A stretch of 64,000 nucleotides of DNA, taken from the NCBI GenBank assembly GCA_030765235.1, contig JAVCCW010000021.1, forward strand, positions 733 through 64,732, read 5' to 3'. Below, piece by piece: positions 1 to 9,484 of the stretch. The notes beneath the pieces were generated by a model, which did not search any database, was not told the DNA's origin, and was given only the letters and a program-made list of their open reading frames with translations. The position numbers and the translations under genes are program-made. This DNA is from Candidatus Gorgyraea atricola (GTDB taxonomy: Bacteria; Omnitrophota; Gorgyraeia; Gorgyraeales; Gorgyraeaceae). Position 1 is the stretch's first letter. Every line of letters starts with the position of its first letter.

Positions 1-32
1 TTAACCCTGAAACTGATATTTTTACCAATCCC

Positions 33-728
33 ATGGATAGTGCTGGGAATTGGAATGACCCTAAGCGGAATGTCAATAGAATAATAGGTTTTCTTAGAGA
101 AGAGAAAAGGGCTATACGTTTTGTTGAGATATTTGAAGCTGATAGAGATGATAAAGGCCAGCCTTGGTTTATAGATTCTCAAATAGCTATTCTAGATGCA
201 CTTGAGGCTATTGACTACAAAACACCAGCAATTCTTAAAAAAGTAAAAACAAGACTTAATAAGTTAACCACAGATTCTTCGATGAGCGACATAGTTAAAG
301 AAAGGTTAAAAGAAGTCATAGCTGTTTTAGAAGAAGGCGGAAAGAAATCTTTATATAATGAGCTTTACGAGCAAGCTATAAGAGAATTTGAAATTTATAA
401 AGATAGTGTTGAGATAGAAGATTTATCAATTATTAAAATGATAAAGCATATAAAATCAAATATAAAAAAAGGAAATTTTGGCTTTTTTGAAAGAGAAGAC
501 CTTGAGGCATATTTTGGTGATCTTGGCAAAAGACGTGACCCAGTAGACATTTATGAAGCAGGCAGTGCTTATAAAAAGAACGAAGCTAAGCTTAAAAAGG
601 AAATAGATTTAGTTCGTATTGATTATGACAAGGCTATAGAGTTTCTCTCAAAAGCAGAAAATTTTGAAAATGTAAAGAAAATGCTAGAGGTTTTAGTGCA
701 ACAGCGAATTGCATCGCAAAAGTTATAG
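33..728 (+). CDS. hypothetical protein (231 aa); reading frame is open back to the window start, so it may be 5'-partial
   Basis: long ORF with typical codon usage; no recognisable motif. Confidence 0.45.
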   Translation: MDSAGNWNDPKRNVNRIIGFLREEKRAIRFVEIFEADRDDKGQPWFIDSQIAILDALEAIDYKTPAILKKVKTRLNKLTTDSSMSDIVKERLKEVIAVLEEGGKKSLYNELYEQAIREFEIYKDSVEIEDLSIIKMIKHIKSNIKKGNFGFFEREDLEAYFGDLGKRRDPVDIYEAGSAYKKNEAKLKKEIDLVRIDYDKAIEFLSKAENFENVKKMLEVLVQQRIASQKL

Positions 729-792
729 ATTTGGGGATAAGTGGGGACGTCCTATTTGGGGACACCCTGCGAATTAAAATTCATTCCTATTT

Positions 793-1668
793 TTAATACC
801 CAAGGTTTTTTAACGCGAATGGGTCTTTGCGCCAGTTTTCGTAGACTTTTACCCAGAGGTCGAGGAATACCTTTTTTTGCAGGAGGGTTTCGATTTCTTT
901 TCTTGAATTTTCACCTATCTTTTTTAGCATTTGCCCGTTTTTCCCGATTATTATGGCCTTTTGGTTTTTTCTTTCCACGTAGATGTGAGCCCTGATGTAG
1001 CAAAGGTTTTTATTTTCTCTCTCTTTCATCTCTTCCACAGTTACTGCTATTGCATGTGGTACTTCCTGATGAGTCAGCTCCATTATCTTTTCTCTTATGA
1101 GTTCCTGGATAAGGAAGCGTTCGCTTTTGTCGCTCAACTGGTCTTCCGGAAATAGGGGATAGCCTTGTGGCAGATATTCCAGGATCTTTTTGAATACGAT
1201 TTCAGTCCCATCTTTCTTAGACGCGGCTATGGGGATTATCTCTTTAAAGGAAAATTTCGTAGCCTCTTCAATAACTGGAAGCACTAGTCTTTTATCGATC
1301 TTGTCCATCTTATTTATGATGAGAAGGGTTTCTTTTTCAGGAGGGAGTTGCTGGAAGATTGCCTTATCCTCTCTAGTGATACCGCTATATGCATCTATCA
1401 GCATGAGCACCAGATCTACTTCGAGCAGTGTTGCCGCCGCCTTGCGTACCATTGTTTTTCCAAGAAGCGTGTTTGGCCTGTGCATGCCTGGCGTGTCTAT
1501 AAAGACTACCTGAAACTCTTTGCCAGAGATTATGCCCTGTATATTATCCCGCGTGGTCTCTGGTTTTTTTGACACAATGCAGAGCTTCTCCTTTACGAGC
1601 GCGTTAAGAAGCGTGGACTTCCCCACATTGGGCCTACCGATTATAGCAACCTTCCCTGCCTTAAACAT
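793..1668 (-). CDS. era: GTPase Era (start moved to internal Met before G1 motif)
   Basis: AIIGRPNVGKSTLLN P-loop, DTPG, NKMD motifs, C-terminal KH-like region. Confidence 0.85.
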   Translation of the reverse strand: MFKAGKVAIIGRPNVGKSTLLNALVKEKLCIVSKKPETTRDNIQGIISGKEFQVVFIDTPGMHRPNTLLGKTMVRKAAATLLEVDLVLMLIDAYSGITREDKAIFQQLPPEKETLLIINKMDKIDKRLVLPVIEEATKFSFKEIIPIAASKKDGTEIVFKKILEYLPQGYPLFPEDQLSDKSERFLIQELIREKIMELTHQEVPHAIAVTVEEMKERENKNLCYIRAHIYVERKNQKAIIIGKNGQMLKKIGENSRKEIETLLQKKVFLDLWVKVYENWRKDPFALKNLGY

Positions 1669-1812
1669 GCCTATATTATACATGTATGTGGTATAATAGG
1701 AAGGAAAATGAGTGAGGACATGGGTTACCCCATTCCAAATTCTGAGTGATGCGTAATTTATTTTTTTGGAACTACTTGCGTGCAATTCTAATAAATTGTT
1801 CGAAGATCTTTA

Positions 1813-1889
1813 AGAATTTGGAACGGGGTTCAATTCGCACAGCAACTTATGTTCTCTCACTGCGTTCGTTCCATAAGTTGCGTGCTCAT
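1813..1889 (+). repeat. partial (right-half) copy of the same element: AGAATTTGGAACGGGGTTCAATTCGCAC-hairpin-GTGCTCAT upstream of the EamA gene
   Basis: seen in sequence; a degenerate relative is at 26843-26880 upstream of gpmA. Confidence 0.6.
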
Positions 1890-1903
1890 TGAAGGAGGCT
1901 ACT

Positions 1904-2323
1904 ATGAAGGCATTTTATTTTGCGTTGGCTACAGCAGTGGTGTGGGGAATTGTGCCGATTCTGGAAAAGATGGGTGTGGCGAGAATAGCGCCGCTTGCAG
2001 GGGTCATGATACGTTCGTTAGGAGTGATTATAGGTGTGACTTTTCTGGCTGCGTTCAACAGTCAGACCTTTAAGGCTGCCTTAAAAGCAGACCCGCGCAC
2101 AATATTTTTACTTGTGCTGGGTGGATTTATGGCGAGCATACTCGGTCAGATACTTTTCTATAACGCGCTTAAGACTGGTGAAGCCTCAAAGGTCGTTCCT
2201 ATAGCAGGCATATATCCCCTGGTTGCGTTTTTGTTAGGGGTTTTATTTTTGGGAGAAGCCGTTACTGTTGCAAAGATGGGCGGTGTGATCTTTGTGATCC
2301 TGGGTCTATTTTTGCTGAGGTAG
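1904..2323 (+). CDS. EamA/DMT-family small membrane transporter
   Basis: 4 TM helices, EamA-like pattern; AGGAGG SD 6 nt before ATG 1904. Confidence 0.55.
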   Translation: MKAFYFALATAVVWGIVPILEKMGVARIAPLAGVMIRSLGVIIGVTFLAAFNSQTFKAALKADPRTIFLLVLGGFMASILGQILFYNALKTGEASKVVPIAGIYPLVAFLLGVLFLGEAVTVAKMGGVIFVILGLFLLR

Positions 2324-2788
2324 ATCTCCTTCGTTTACCTCGATCCTTTTTATCATATTGGATTGACGGTCACTTATATCAAATACAACATCAAGCTCTC
2401 CGTCTGAATCCTCGTCCCTTTCCAATTTTATAACCCTGCCGTCGCGATATTGGCTTCGCTGGTCTATCTTGCCGTCATAGTCGCTGTCTATTTCAAATTT
2501 GGTGCGCTGGCTATATTCATACCAGGATCTCATATCAACATTTCCATCAAAGTTTAGGTCGATCTCCGTTACCTTTTTGCCTTTTTCTCCATATATAATC
2601 CACATATCCAGCGCGCCATCGTAATTTCTGTCAGTTTCTATCTTTACAGGCCGTTCATTCTCAAAATATATCCATAGATCAGTTTTACCATCTTCGTTTT
2701 TATCTTCTTCTTTGACCTCTGCGGCATTTGCCACTGGCGCCAGAAGGAACATCATTATAATTAGTCTAAGGATCGTCGTTTTATACAT
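2306..2788 (-). CDS. secreted protein with repeated Asp-rich DxDGxxD putative Ca-binding repeats
   Basis: signal peptide; six repeats of the D-x-D-G-x-x-D type. Confidence 0.45.
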   Translation of the reverse strand: MYKTTILRLIIMMFLLAPVANAAEVKEEDKNEDGKTDLWIYFENERPVKIETDRNYDGALDMWIIYGEKGKKVTEIDLNFDGNVDMRSWYEYSQRTKFEIDSDYDGKIDQRSQYRDGRVIKLERDEDSDGELDVVFDISDRQSNMIKRIEVNEGDLPQQK

Positions 2789-2839
2789 ATTTGCCTATTC
2801 CAATAAATTATGATACAATCATTCTTATATACATTATAT

Positions 2840-4480
2840 ATGAAAAAAGTCAGGATTGCAATTGCGCAGATAAATACCATTGTAGGGGATCTGGTAGGCA
2901 ATACAGAGAAGATACTGTTCTGTCTAAATGAGTCACTCAAAAAGCGCGCAGACATTGTTGTGTTTCCAGAACTTTCCATAACAGGATATCCACCTGAAGG
3001 CCTTGTCTTAAAACCGCATTTCGTAAAAGAAAATCTTAAATGTCTAAATGTGATCGCAAAGGCCGCAAAAGACATCATAGCGATAGTCGGATTTGTGGAC
3101 CAAAAGGCCAAGGATCTATATAATAGCGCCGCAGTTATAAATAATAAAAAAATAATCCACGTATATCATAAAAGACATCTTCCAAGCTACAGCGTATTTG
3201 ACGAAAAGCGATATTTTAAGCCTGGCAGAGAGAATGCTCTTTTAAAGGCGAAAGGCTATTCTTTTTCAGTAAATATATGTGAAGACATTTGGACGAAAGA
3301 AGATGCTAAAACAAAAGCACTTATAAAGCGCGCGGATTTTCTAATAAACATCTCTGCCTCTCCGTATCATATTGATAAAATAGAAGAGAGGGAGAAACTG
3401 TTGCTTGCCAAGGCCAAAAGATTCAAGACGTCTATAATCTACTGTAATCTCATTGGTGGACAGGATGAACTTGTGTTTGATGGCCGCAGCGCCATATTTG
3501 GAAAATCCAATAAAATTATAGCAAAGGCCAGGGCCTTTGAAGAGGATTTATTGATAGTCGATTTGCCAGAGTACCTCCGCAACCCCGGAGGTTGCCATTC
3601 TGGCAACCTCCGGGGTTGCGGAGGTATGACAAAGATTGAAGAGATCTATTCAGCGCTTGTACTGGGACTGCGTGATTATGTCAGAAAGAATAATTTTAAA
3701 AAAGTGGCGTTTGGGCTTTCAGGAGGCATAGATTCTGCACTAGTTGGCGCACTTGCAGTTGAGGCCCTGGGCAAAGCGAATGTCCTGGCGCTTTCCATGC
3801 CATCGAAATACTCTTCAGCAGCCACTCAGCAGGATGCTGAAGGGATTGCAAAGAGTCTCGGTGTTAGATTTGCAAAGGTTCCAATAGATAGCATATTTAA
3901 TGCATATAATAATACACTCCAGACCCACTTTGCCGGCATGGATCCTGATATAACAGAGGAGAATATCCAGGCAAGGATACGCGGGAATATTCTTATGGCG
4001 TTTTCAAATAAATTCGGATACCTTGTTCTCAATACAGGCAATAAGAGCGAGACAAGCGTAGGGTATTGTACTCTATATGGAGACATGGCAGGTGGATTTG
4101 CCGTGATAAAGGATGTACCTAAGAATCTTGTTTATGAATTAGCGAGATTTGTGAATAAGAAAAAAGAAATTATTCCAAATAGCGTCTTTAAGAGGCCGCC
4201 CTCAGCAGAGTTAAGGCCAGGCCAGAAGGATCAGGATAGCTTACCGCCTTATGATTTAGTCGACGCTATAGTCGATCTATACGTAGAAAAGGACAGATCT
4301 TTCAGCGATATTATGAAGAAATTAAAGAATAAAGATATTGTCAAAAAGGTTTTAAGTATGATTGATATGAATGAATATAAGCGTCGTCAAGCACCTCCTG
4401 GAATAAAAATAAGTCCTCGAGCTTTTGGAAAGGACAGGCGCATGCCTATTACGAATAAGTATAAGGGAGGCAGTATATGA
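2840..4480 (+). CDS. nadE: glutamine-dependent NAD+ synthetase (CN-hydrolase + NAD synthetase domains)
   Basis: N-terminal nitrilase-like domain, C-terminal SGGIDS PP-loop; contains an in-frame 55-bp palindrome in the linker. Confidence 0.85.
   Translation: MKKVRIAIAQINTIVGDLVGNTEKILFCLNESLKKRADIVVFPELSITGYPPEGLVLKPHFVKENLKCLNVIAKAAKDIIAIVGFVDQKAKDLYNSAAVINNKKIIHVYHKRHLPSYSVFDEKRYFKPGRENALLKAKGYSFSVNICEDIWTKEDAKTKALIKRADFLINISASPYHIDKIEEREKLLLAKAKRFKTSIIYCNLIGGQDELVFDGRSAIFGKSNKIIAKARAFEEDLLIVDLPEYLRNPGGCHSGNLRGCGGMTKIEEIYSALVLGLRDYVRKNNFKKVAFGLSGGIDSALVGALAVEALGKANVLALSMPSKYSSAATQQDAEGIAKSLGVRFAKVPIDSIFNAYNNTLQTHFAGMDPDITEENIQARIRGNILMAFSNKFGYLVLNTGNKSETSVGYCTLYGDMAGGFAVIKDVPKNLVYELARFVNKKKEIIPNSVFKRPPSAELRPGQKDQDSLPPYDLVDAIVDLYVEKDRSFSDIMKKLKNKDIVKKVLSMIDMNEYKRRQAPPGIKISPRAFGKDRRMPITNKYKGGSI
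3572..3626. repeat. 55-bp GC-rich perfect palindrome (26-bp arms) embedded in frame in nadE linker
   Basis: TACCTCCGCAACCCCGGAGGTTGCCA ttc TGGCAACCTCCGGGGTTGCGGAGGTA; encodes PEYLRNPGGCHSGNLRGCGGM. Confidence 0.8.
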
Positions 4481-4758
4481 AAGGACAAACCAACGAAGAG
4501 GTTTTTATAAATGTGGTCAAAAGGATTAATCTTTATTTAATTATACTAGGTGTAATTTTTCTTGTATATTTTTTAATTCAGATTAAAGTGAATGTATTTT
4601 TGTTTCTGCTGGCGCTCTTGAATGTAGGCTTTGCGCTCCTTTCCCACAAGCACCTTATAATAACGAATAGGCTTGCGATTGAGCTGAGGCGCGCAAAAGA
4701 ATCGCTGGGTGATATTTCAAAAGAGATGAAGGACATACATCCGGACTTACATGCATAG
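4477..4758 (+). CDS. small membrane protein, hypothetical
   Basis: two hydrophobic helices; overlaps nadE stop (ATGA). Confidence 0.3.
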   Translation: MKGQTNEEVFINVVKRINLYLIILGVIFLVYFLIQIKVNVFLFLLALLNVGFALLSHKHLIITNRLAIELRRAKESLGDISKEMKDIHPDLHA

Positions 4759-5548
4759 GCGCTTACATTCGATACTCCTAATACCCTTCCTTTTTTTAAG
4801 TCTATTTAGCTTTTCAGAGAAAGATGTTTCTATCAGCGCAGAGTCAGCTGTACTTATGTCGCCGATAATGAAAAGAATAGTGTATTCTAAGAATCCTAAT
4901 CTTAGACTCTCACCCGCCTCTACAACAAAGATAATGACCGCAATTGTAGTTTTAAAAAACTCCTCTCTCGATAAAGAGGTTACTGTCAGCAAGCGTGCCG
5001 CTTCAATGGAACCATCCAAGGTCTATATAAAAAAAGACGAGATCTATCTAACAGGGGATTTGCTTAAGGCTTTACTTTTGAACTCTGGAAATGATGCGAG
5101 CGTTGCACTTGCCGAGAACGTTGCAGGGTCAGAAGAGGAATTTGTGGAGATGATGAATAAAGCCGCGAAGGGCATAGGGGCTAAAAATACGCATTTCAAG
5201 ACATCCAATGGTCTTCCTGCAGAAGGCCAGTATTCTACAGCATATGATCTGGCCTTAATAGTGCGCGAGGCAATGAGGCACGAGGAGATTGTTGAAATAA
5301 TGAAGAAAAAGACGGATCAGATAAAAGAAGTCAGAACCGGAAGGGTTATAAAATTAAGAAGTCACAACAAGAGTCTATGGAAGGATACGCCCTATAAGAT
5401 GTTAGGAAAGACAGGTTATACCAAAAAGGCAGGCAGTTGCTTTGCAGGATATATAGACTATAATAGATGGAGAAGGCTTATCATAGTGATTTTAAAGAGC
5501 AAGACTAAATGGCAAGACCTGGGAGTATTGGCAGAGGCTGCATTGTGA
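4751..5548 (+). CDS. D-alanyl-D-alanine carboxypeptidase (low-MW PBP5 family, short form)
   Basis: SxxK (ASTTK), SGN (NSGND), KTG (GKTGYT) motifs, signal peptide. Confidence 0.75.
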   Translation: MHRRLHSILLIPFLFLSLFSFSEKDVSISAESAVLMSPIMKRIVYSKNPNLRLSPASTTKIMTAIVVLKNSSLDKEVTVSKRAASMEPSKVYIKKDEIYLTGDLLKALLLNSGNDASVALAENVAGSEEEFVEMMNKAAKGIGAKNTHFKTSNGLPAEGQYSTAYDLALIVREAMRHEEIVEIMKKKTDQIKEVRTGRVIKLRSHNKSLWKDTPYKMLGKTGYTKKAGSCFAGYIDYNRWRRLIIVILKSKTKWQDLGVLAEAAL

Positions 5549-6228
5549 GAAAATCTTTGATTTTAATAATTTTTATATTTTTATTTTGCCGCATATCTAT
5601 TGCAGCGCCAGTGTACGGGACACACATGCCTAAAGAAAGGCGTTTTACATGCGGGCTAGAAGGGAATTTTATAGTCGATAGGAACCTGGATAATGACGAA
5701 GGCGCGACAAGCGGTGATAGATATTTTTTTACTCTCTCGTACGGTATTTTTTCATGGCTCTCGTTTGACGGGAAAATAGGCGTTGGTGATGCAGGCTGGC
5801 ATAGGATCGGAGCGGATGATCTGAGTTATGCTACTAATTTCGCAGGCGGCTATGGATTTAGGGTGAGAGGATATGAAATAGAGGAATGGGGCATAAAGAG
5901 CGTCGCGGGTTTCCAGCATATAAGTGTACATTCTGATGCAAAGAATCAGGGCGGGGATAAACATGATGCAATAATAGATGAGTGGCAAGGCTCTTTGGTT
6001 GTTTCTAAGGATATAGGGAGCCTTGTGCCGTATTTCGGCACAAGATACGGCACAGTTGATTTTATAAAATGGCTGAACGAACATGACCGCAAACGCATCC
6101 AGTCAGAAAAATACTATGGCCTTATCATAGGCTTAGATTATTGGCTCAGCGACAAAACAAAGATAAATTTAGAATGTGATTTTCTGGATGGCGAGGAGTT
6201 CGCGCTAGGTTTTAGCCGTGATTTTTGA
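5545..6228 (+). CDS. outer-membrane beta-barrel protein (GTG start)
   Basis: signal peptide, alternating amphipathic strands, C-terminal Phe. Confidence 0.45.
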   Translation: MRKSLILIIFIFLFCRISIAAPVYGTHMPKERRFTCGLEGNFIVDRNLDNDEGATSGDRYFFTLSYGIFSWLSFDGKIGVGDAGWHRIGADDLSYATNFAGGYGFRVRGYEIEEWGIKSVAGFQHISVHSDAKNQGGDKHDAIIDEWQGSLVVSKDIGSLVPYFGTRYGTVDFIKWLNEHDRKRIQSEKYYGLIIGLDYWLSDKTKINLECDFLDGEEFALGFSRDF

Positions 6229-6235
6229 CAACCTT

Positions 6236-7684
6236 TTATTTCAATAATTCCTTCGAGAATATATTGTCAAGGCCAAGGATGCATGCCGGGTCTAAAGATT
6301 TTTTTAAGGCTGCCATTTGCTCGATATTCTTTTTTCCGTACATGGCCTCGAGAAATGCGTGTTTTAGCTTTCCTATACCGTGCTCCGCTGAAACTGTACC
6401 GCCTAAGCTAACAGCCTTTTTTACAAAATCCATATAGATAGATCTACTCTTCGCAAATTCTGCCTCGGTCTTTGGGAGCATGTTTACATGCATGTGATTT
6501 TCACCTATATGGCCGAAGATTACAAATGCGATTTTTGAAGGGATAAGCCTTTCTTTATAGAACGCGAACATCTCAGGGAAAGACCCTTCAGGCACAGCTA
6601 TATCTGTGCCGACCTTTGGAAGTTTATTTGTTTTTACTATCTCGTTTATCATCTCAGGTAGGGCATGTCTGAATTCTCTTAATTTTTCTCTTTCTTTTTC
6701 AGAATCCGCGAAGAAGGATTTTTCTGCGAGGGCGCTATGTCTTTCAAGTAGCCCCATCCATGATTCTGTGATAGAGGCCTCATCTTCTTTTTTATAGTCC
6801 TGCTCGAAATATACCATTGCCTTAGAGTCTGTGGGTATGTTTTTATGCTTTTGCCGTAGCAGGTCCAGAGAATTTTCATCCATGTATTCCAGAGAGAGGG
6901 CCTTTCTGGTCTTAGCGTCTTTTACAAAACTCAAGGCGTCTTTTTCGCTTGGAAAGAAGCTGAAAAAACTCATTACAGCTTCAGGCGTTTTGCCAAGCAA
7001 GAGAGATACCTCTGTAATGACTCCCAGCGTTCCTTCATGCCCAATGAATAAGTCTATCATATCCATATTATCTTTTACGTAATAGCCTGCGGCGTTTTTT
7101 ATAGCAGGCATGGAATACGTCGGTATCATTAATTTCAATTCTCTTTCCTTAAATTTTAAAGATATATTCTCACCTTTTTTAATAAAAAATTCCCCGCGCT
7201 TTATATTCAGGATGTCGCCGCTTGAGAGCATTATTTTTAATTTTTTTACATAGTTGCGCGTGGGTCCGTATTTAAAACCTTTTGCGCCTGACGCATTTGT
7301 TGAAATCGTACCGCCTACAAATGCATTTGGCTCTGTGGGGTCAGGCAGGTACATAAGACCTTTTTTAGAAAGCTGTATTTGTAATTCTGATAGCCTTACG
7401 CCTGTCTGGACTGTTGCTATAGAGTTTTTTTCATCTATGTCAATTATTTTATTAAGCGAATCTGTGGCGAGAATCGAGCCTCCAAATGGAACCCTTGCGC
7501 CAGTCACGCCTGTACCACCGCCTGAGACAGTCAGTGGAGTATTTCTACTTGAGGCATCCCTGAGGATATCAATTGTATCTTTCTCATCCTCGGGTATTAA
7601 GACCTCGTCGGCATAACCCCCTCTCAATCCTGATTCATCCTCAAAATAAGACTTGATAATATCCGCATCTCTCTTTATAATCAT
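6236..7684 (-). CDS. FAD-binding oxidase (GlcD / D-lactate dehydrogenase family)
   Basis: FAD_binding_4 N-domain and FAD-oxidase C-domain pattern. Confidence 0.75.
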   Translation of the reverse strand: MIIKRDADIIKSYFEDESGLRGGYADEVLIPEDEKDTIDILRDASSRNTPLTVSGGGTGVTGARVPFGGSILATDSLNKIIDIDEKNSIATVQTGVRLSELQIQLSKKGLMYLPDPTEPNAFVGGTISTNASGAKGFKYGPTRNYVKKLKIMLSSGDILNIKRGEFFIKKGENISLKFKERELKLMIPTYSMPAIKNAAGYYVKDNMDMIDLFIGHEGTLGVITEVSLLLGKTPEAVMSFFSFFPSEKDALSFVKDAKTRKALSLEYMDENSLDLLRQKHKNIPTDSKAMVYFEQDYKKEDEASITESWMGLLERHSALAEKSFFADSEKEREKLREFRHALPEMINEIVKTNKLPKVGTDIAVPEGSFPEMFAFYKERLIPSKIAFVIFGHIGENHMHVNMLPKTEAEFAKSRSIYMDFVKKAVSLGGTVSAEHGIGKLKHAFLEAMYGKKNIEQMAALKKSLDPACILGLDNIFSKELLK

Positions 7685-7718
7685 AGCTATAATCTAACAC
7701 ACGAAGGAAATATTTACA

Positions 7719-8078
7719 ATGGCGACTTTTTTAAGTTTGATTATTGGCGCATTAGCAGGCGTAGCCAGTGGTTTTTTTGGCATAGGCGGGGCAGTAATAA
7801 TAGTGCCGATGCTAGTGTATCTATTTAAGTTCCCGCAGCATTATGCGCAGGGCACTGCACTTGTTGCGCTTCTTCTGCCTATAGGTGTCCTGGCAGTCAT
7901 CCGATATTACCATGCAGGAAATGTAAATATAAAGATGGGCCTGTTTATAAGTCTTGGATTTTTTATAGGCGGATTTTTAGGAGCGCATTTAGCGCATTTA
8001 TTGCCGCAGTTGGTCCTTAAAAGGCTTTTTGGAGTCTTGCTCTTAGGTCTTTCTGCATACATGCTGATAGGTAAATAA
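7719..8078 (+). CDS. TauE/SafE (TSUP, DUF81) family membrane protein, single-repeat form
   Basis: GIGGAVIIVP motif typical of TSUP. Confidence 0.55.
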   Translation: MATFLSLIIGALAGVASGFFGIGGAVIIVPMLVYLFKFPQHYAQGTALVALLLPIGVLAVIRYYHAGNVNIKMGLFISLGFFIGGFLGAHLAHLLPQLVLKRLFGVLLLGLSAYMLIGK

Positions 8079-9205
8079 TGATAAAACCTAATCCTTTTAC
8101 ACCGCAGTCAGGATGGGAGCCGCGCATATTTGGCGGCAGAGAAGAGAACCTTTCTCTTTTTAAATCCAATCTGGAGAATGCGATTTCAGTCAGGCCAAAT
8201 CATTTAGTTGTACTGGGAGAGTGGGGTATAGGCAAGACCTCTCTTCTTAAGCAGTTCAGGAGGATCGCCCAGGAGCAAGGGTATCCATCATGTTTTTGTT
8301 CCCTTTCGAGATTTACAAAGAATGACAGGCCTTTAAACGCCATTCATCTTATTGCTGAAGAGATGCTCATGGGTTTTCCAAGCTCTGGCGCAGATTCAGA
8401 AAAATTCCTAAAGGAATTTTCTAAAAGAAAATCGCTTGCTCAGGCGCAGACGCATTTCACAAAATTTCTTCTAGAGCTCTGGAAAACGCTGGATACAAAA
8501 CTGGCAGTGGTTATGCTGGATGACCTGCAGAATCTTTTGCCTATCTCGAATACGATCGATATCTTAAGAGCTGTCCTGAGTAAGGATGAAGTCATTCGCA
8601 ATACGCGATTTTTATTCGTACTTTCTTCTACACCAGCTGGTTGGTCGAGCTTTTTAGATAAACACGACCCTGTGGGCAGGTTTTTCAGAAAACGCATGAA
8701 TGTTGGGAATCTGGATAAGAAAGAGGTCGCGGGGACTGTTAGTCAGACTTTGCAGGATACAGGCGTAGATTTTGAAGAAGGCGTAAAGGATAAGATATTT
8801 GATCATACAGGCGGCCATCCTTATGAGGTGCAGCTTTTATCCAGTCACCTATATGACGGGCAAATAGAAGGAAAGGTGGGGCACCAGGTGTGGGATAATG
8901 CGCTTGGCAGTACCTTGAAGGAACTGGGAAGAGATTATTTTAATACATTGTTTTCCAGGGCGAGCGACAGAGAAAGGGATCTATTAAGGATGCTCTCTGA
9001 AGAGAAAAAGCCGCTTTCCCTAAAGGATTTCAGGACGATGATGATAGTAGGCAAGCACGCGAAAAAGTTTCCGGTCGCGAACATAAAGAATTTTCTTTAC
9101 AGATTGGAAGAAAAAGGCATTATAAGTAGGAATGAAAAAGGGAGTTTTGACATCCCTGATCGGATGTTCAGGGAATTTGTTTTAAGAAAGGAGAACGAGA
9201 AATGA
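8078..9205 (+). CDS. AAA+ ATPase of the archaeal-ATPase type with C-terminal wHTH
   Basis: GEWGIGKTSLL Walker A, MLDD Walker B. Confidence 0.55.
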   Translation: MIKPNPFTPQSGWEPRIFGGREENLSLFKSNLENAISVRPNHLVVLGEWGIGKTSLLKQFRRIAQEQGYPSCFCSLSRFTKNDRPLNAIHLIAEEMLMGFPSSGADSEKFLKEFSKRKSLAQAQTHFTKFLLELWKTLDTKLAVVMLDDLQNLLPISNTIDILRAVLSKDEVIRNTRFLFVLSSTPAGWSSFLDKHDPVGRFFRKRMNVGNLDKKEVAGTVSQTLQDTGVDFEEGVKDKIFDHTGGHPYEVQLLSSHLYDGQIEGKVGHQVWDNALGSTLKELGRDYFNTLFSRASDRERDLLRMLSEEKKPLSLKDFRTMMIVGKHAKKFPVANIKNFLYRLEEKGIISRNEKGSFDIPDRMFREFVLRKENEK

Positions 9206-9393
9206 AGGTCAAGGTAGATGCAGAGCTGTGTGTTGGTTGTGGTTTATGCGTTAATACGTCTCCAGAGCTCTTTGAGATGAAAGAAGATAAGGCAATTCTA
9301 AAGACAAAGACAGACTCAGTCCCTGCTGGACAAGAAGAATCCTGCAAGCAGTCCAAAGACGAATGCCCTGTCGATGCGATTATTATAGATTAA
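9202..9393 (+). CDS. small 4Fe-4S ferredoxin, translationally coupled to upstream ATPase
   Basis: CVGCGLCV ... CPVDAI. Confidence 0.7.
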   Translation: MKVKVDAELCVGCGLCVNTSPELFEMKEDKAILKTKTDSVPAGQEESCKQSKDECPVDAIIID

Positions 9394-9484
9394 TTTTTCT
9401 TAGACAAGATCCTTCGGAAGCAGAAGATGGCGAGAGATATGATGCTTATCCACGATATAGAGAGTATCAGCCAGCCAAATACGT

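Noticed and set aside
741-1572. Several + strand ORFs (741..995, 931..1155, 1190..1513, 1348..1572)
   Set aside because: All overlap the era gene on the opposite strand and have no motifs; the era call is much stronger.
1813-1840. TGGAACGGGGTTCAA as a sigma-54 promoter (-24 GG / -12 GC)
   Set aside because: The -12 element reads TTCA/TTTA rather than TTGC and no EBP-type regulator is adjacent. A conserved repeat module is the more economical explanation.
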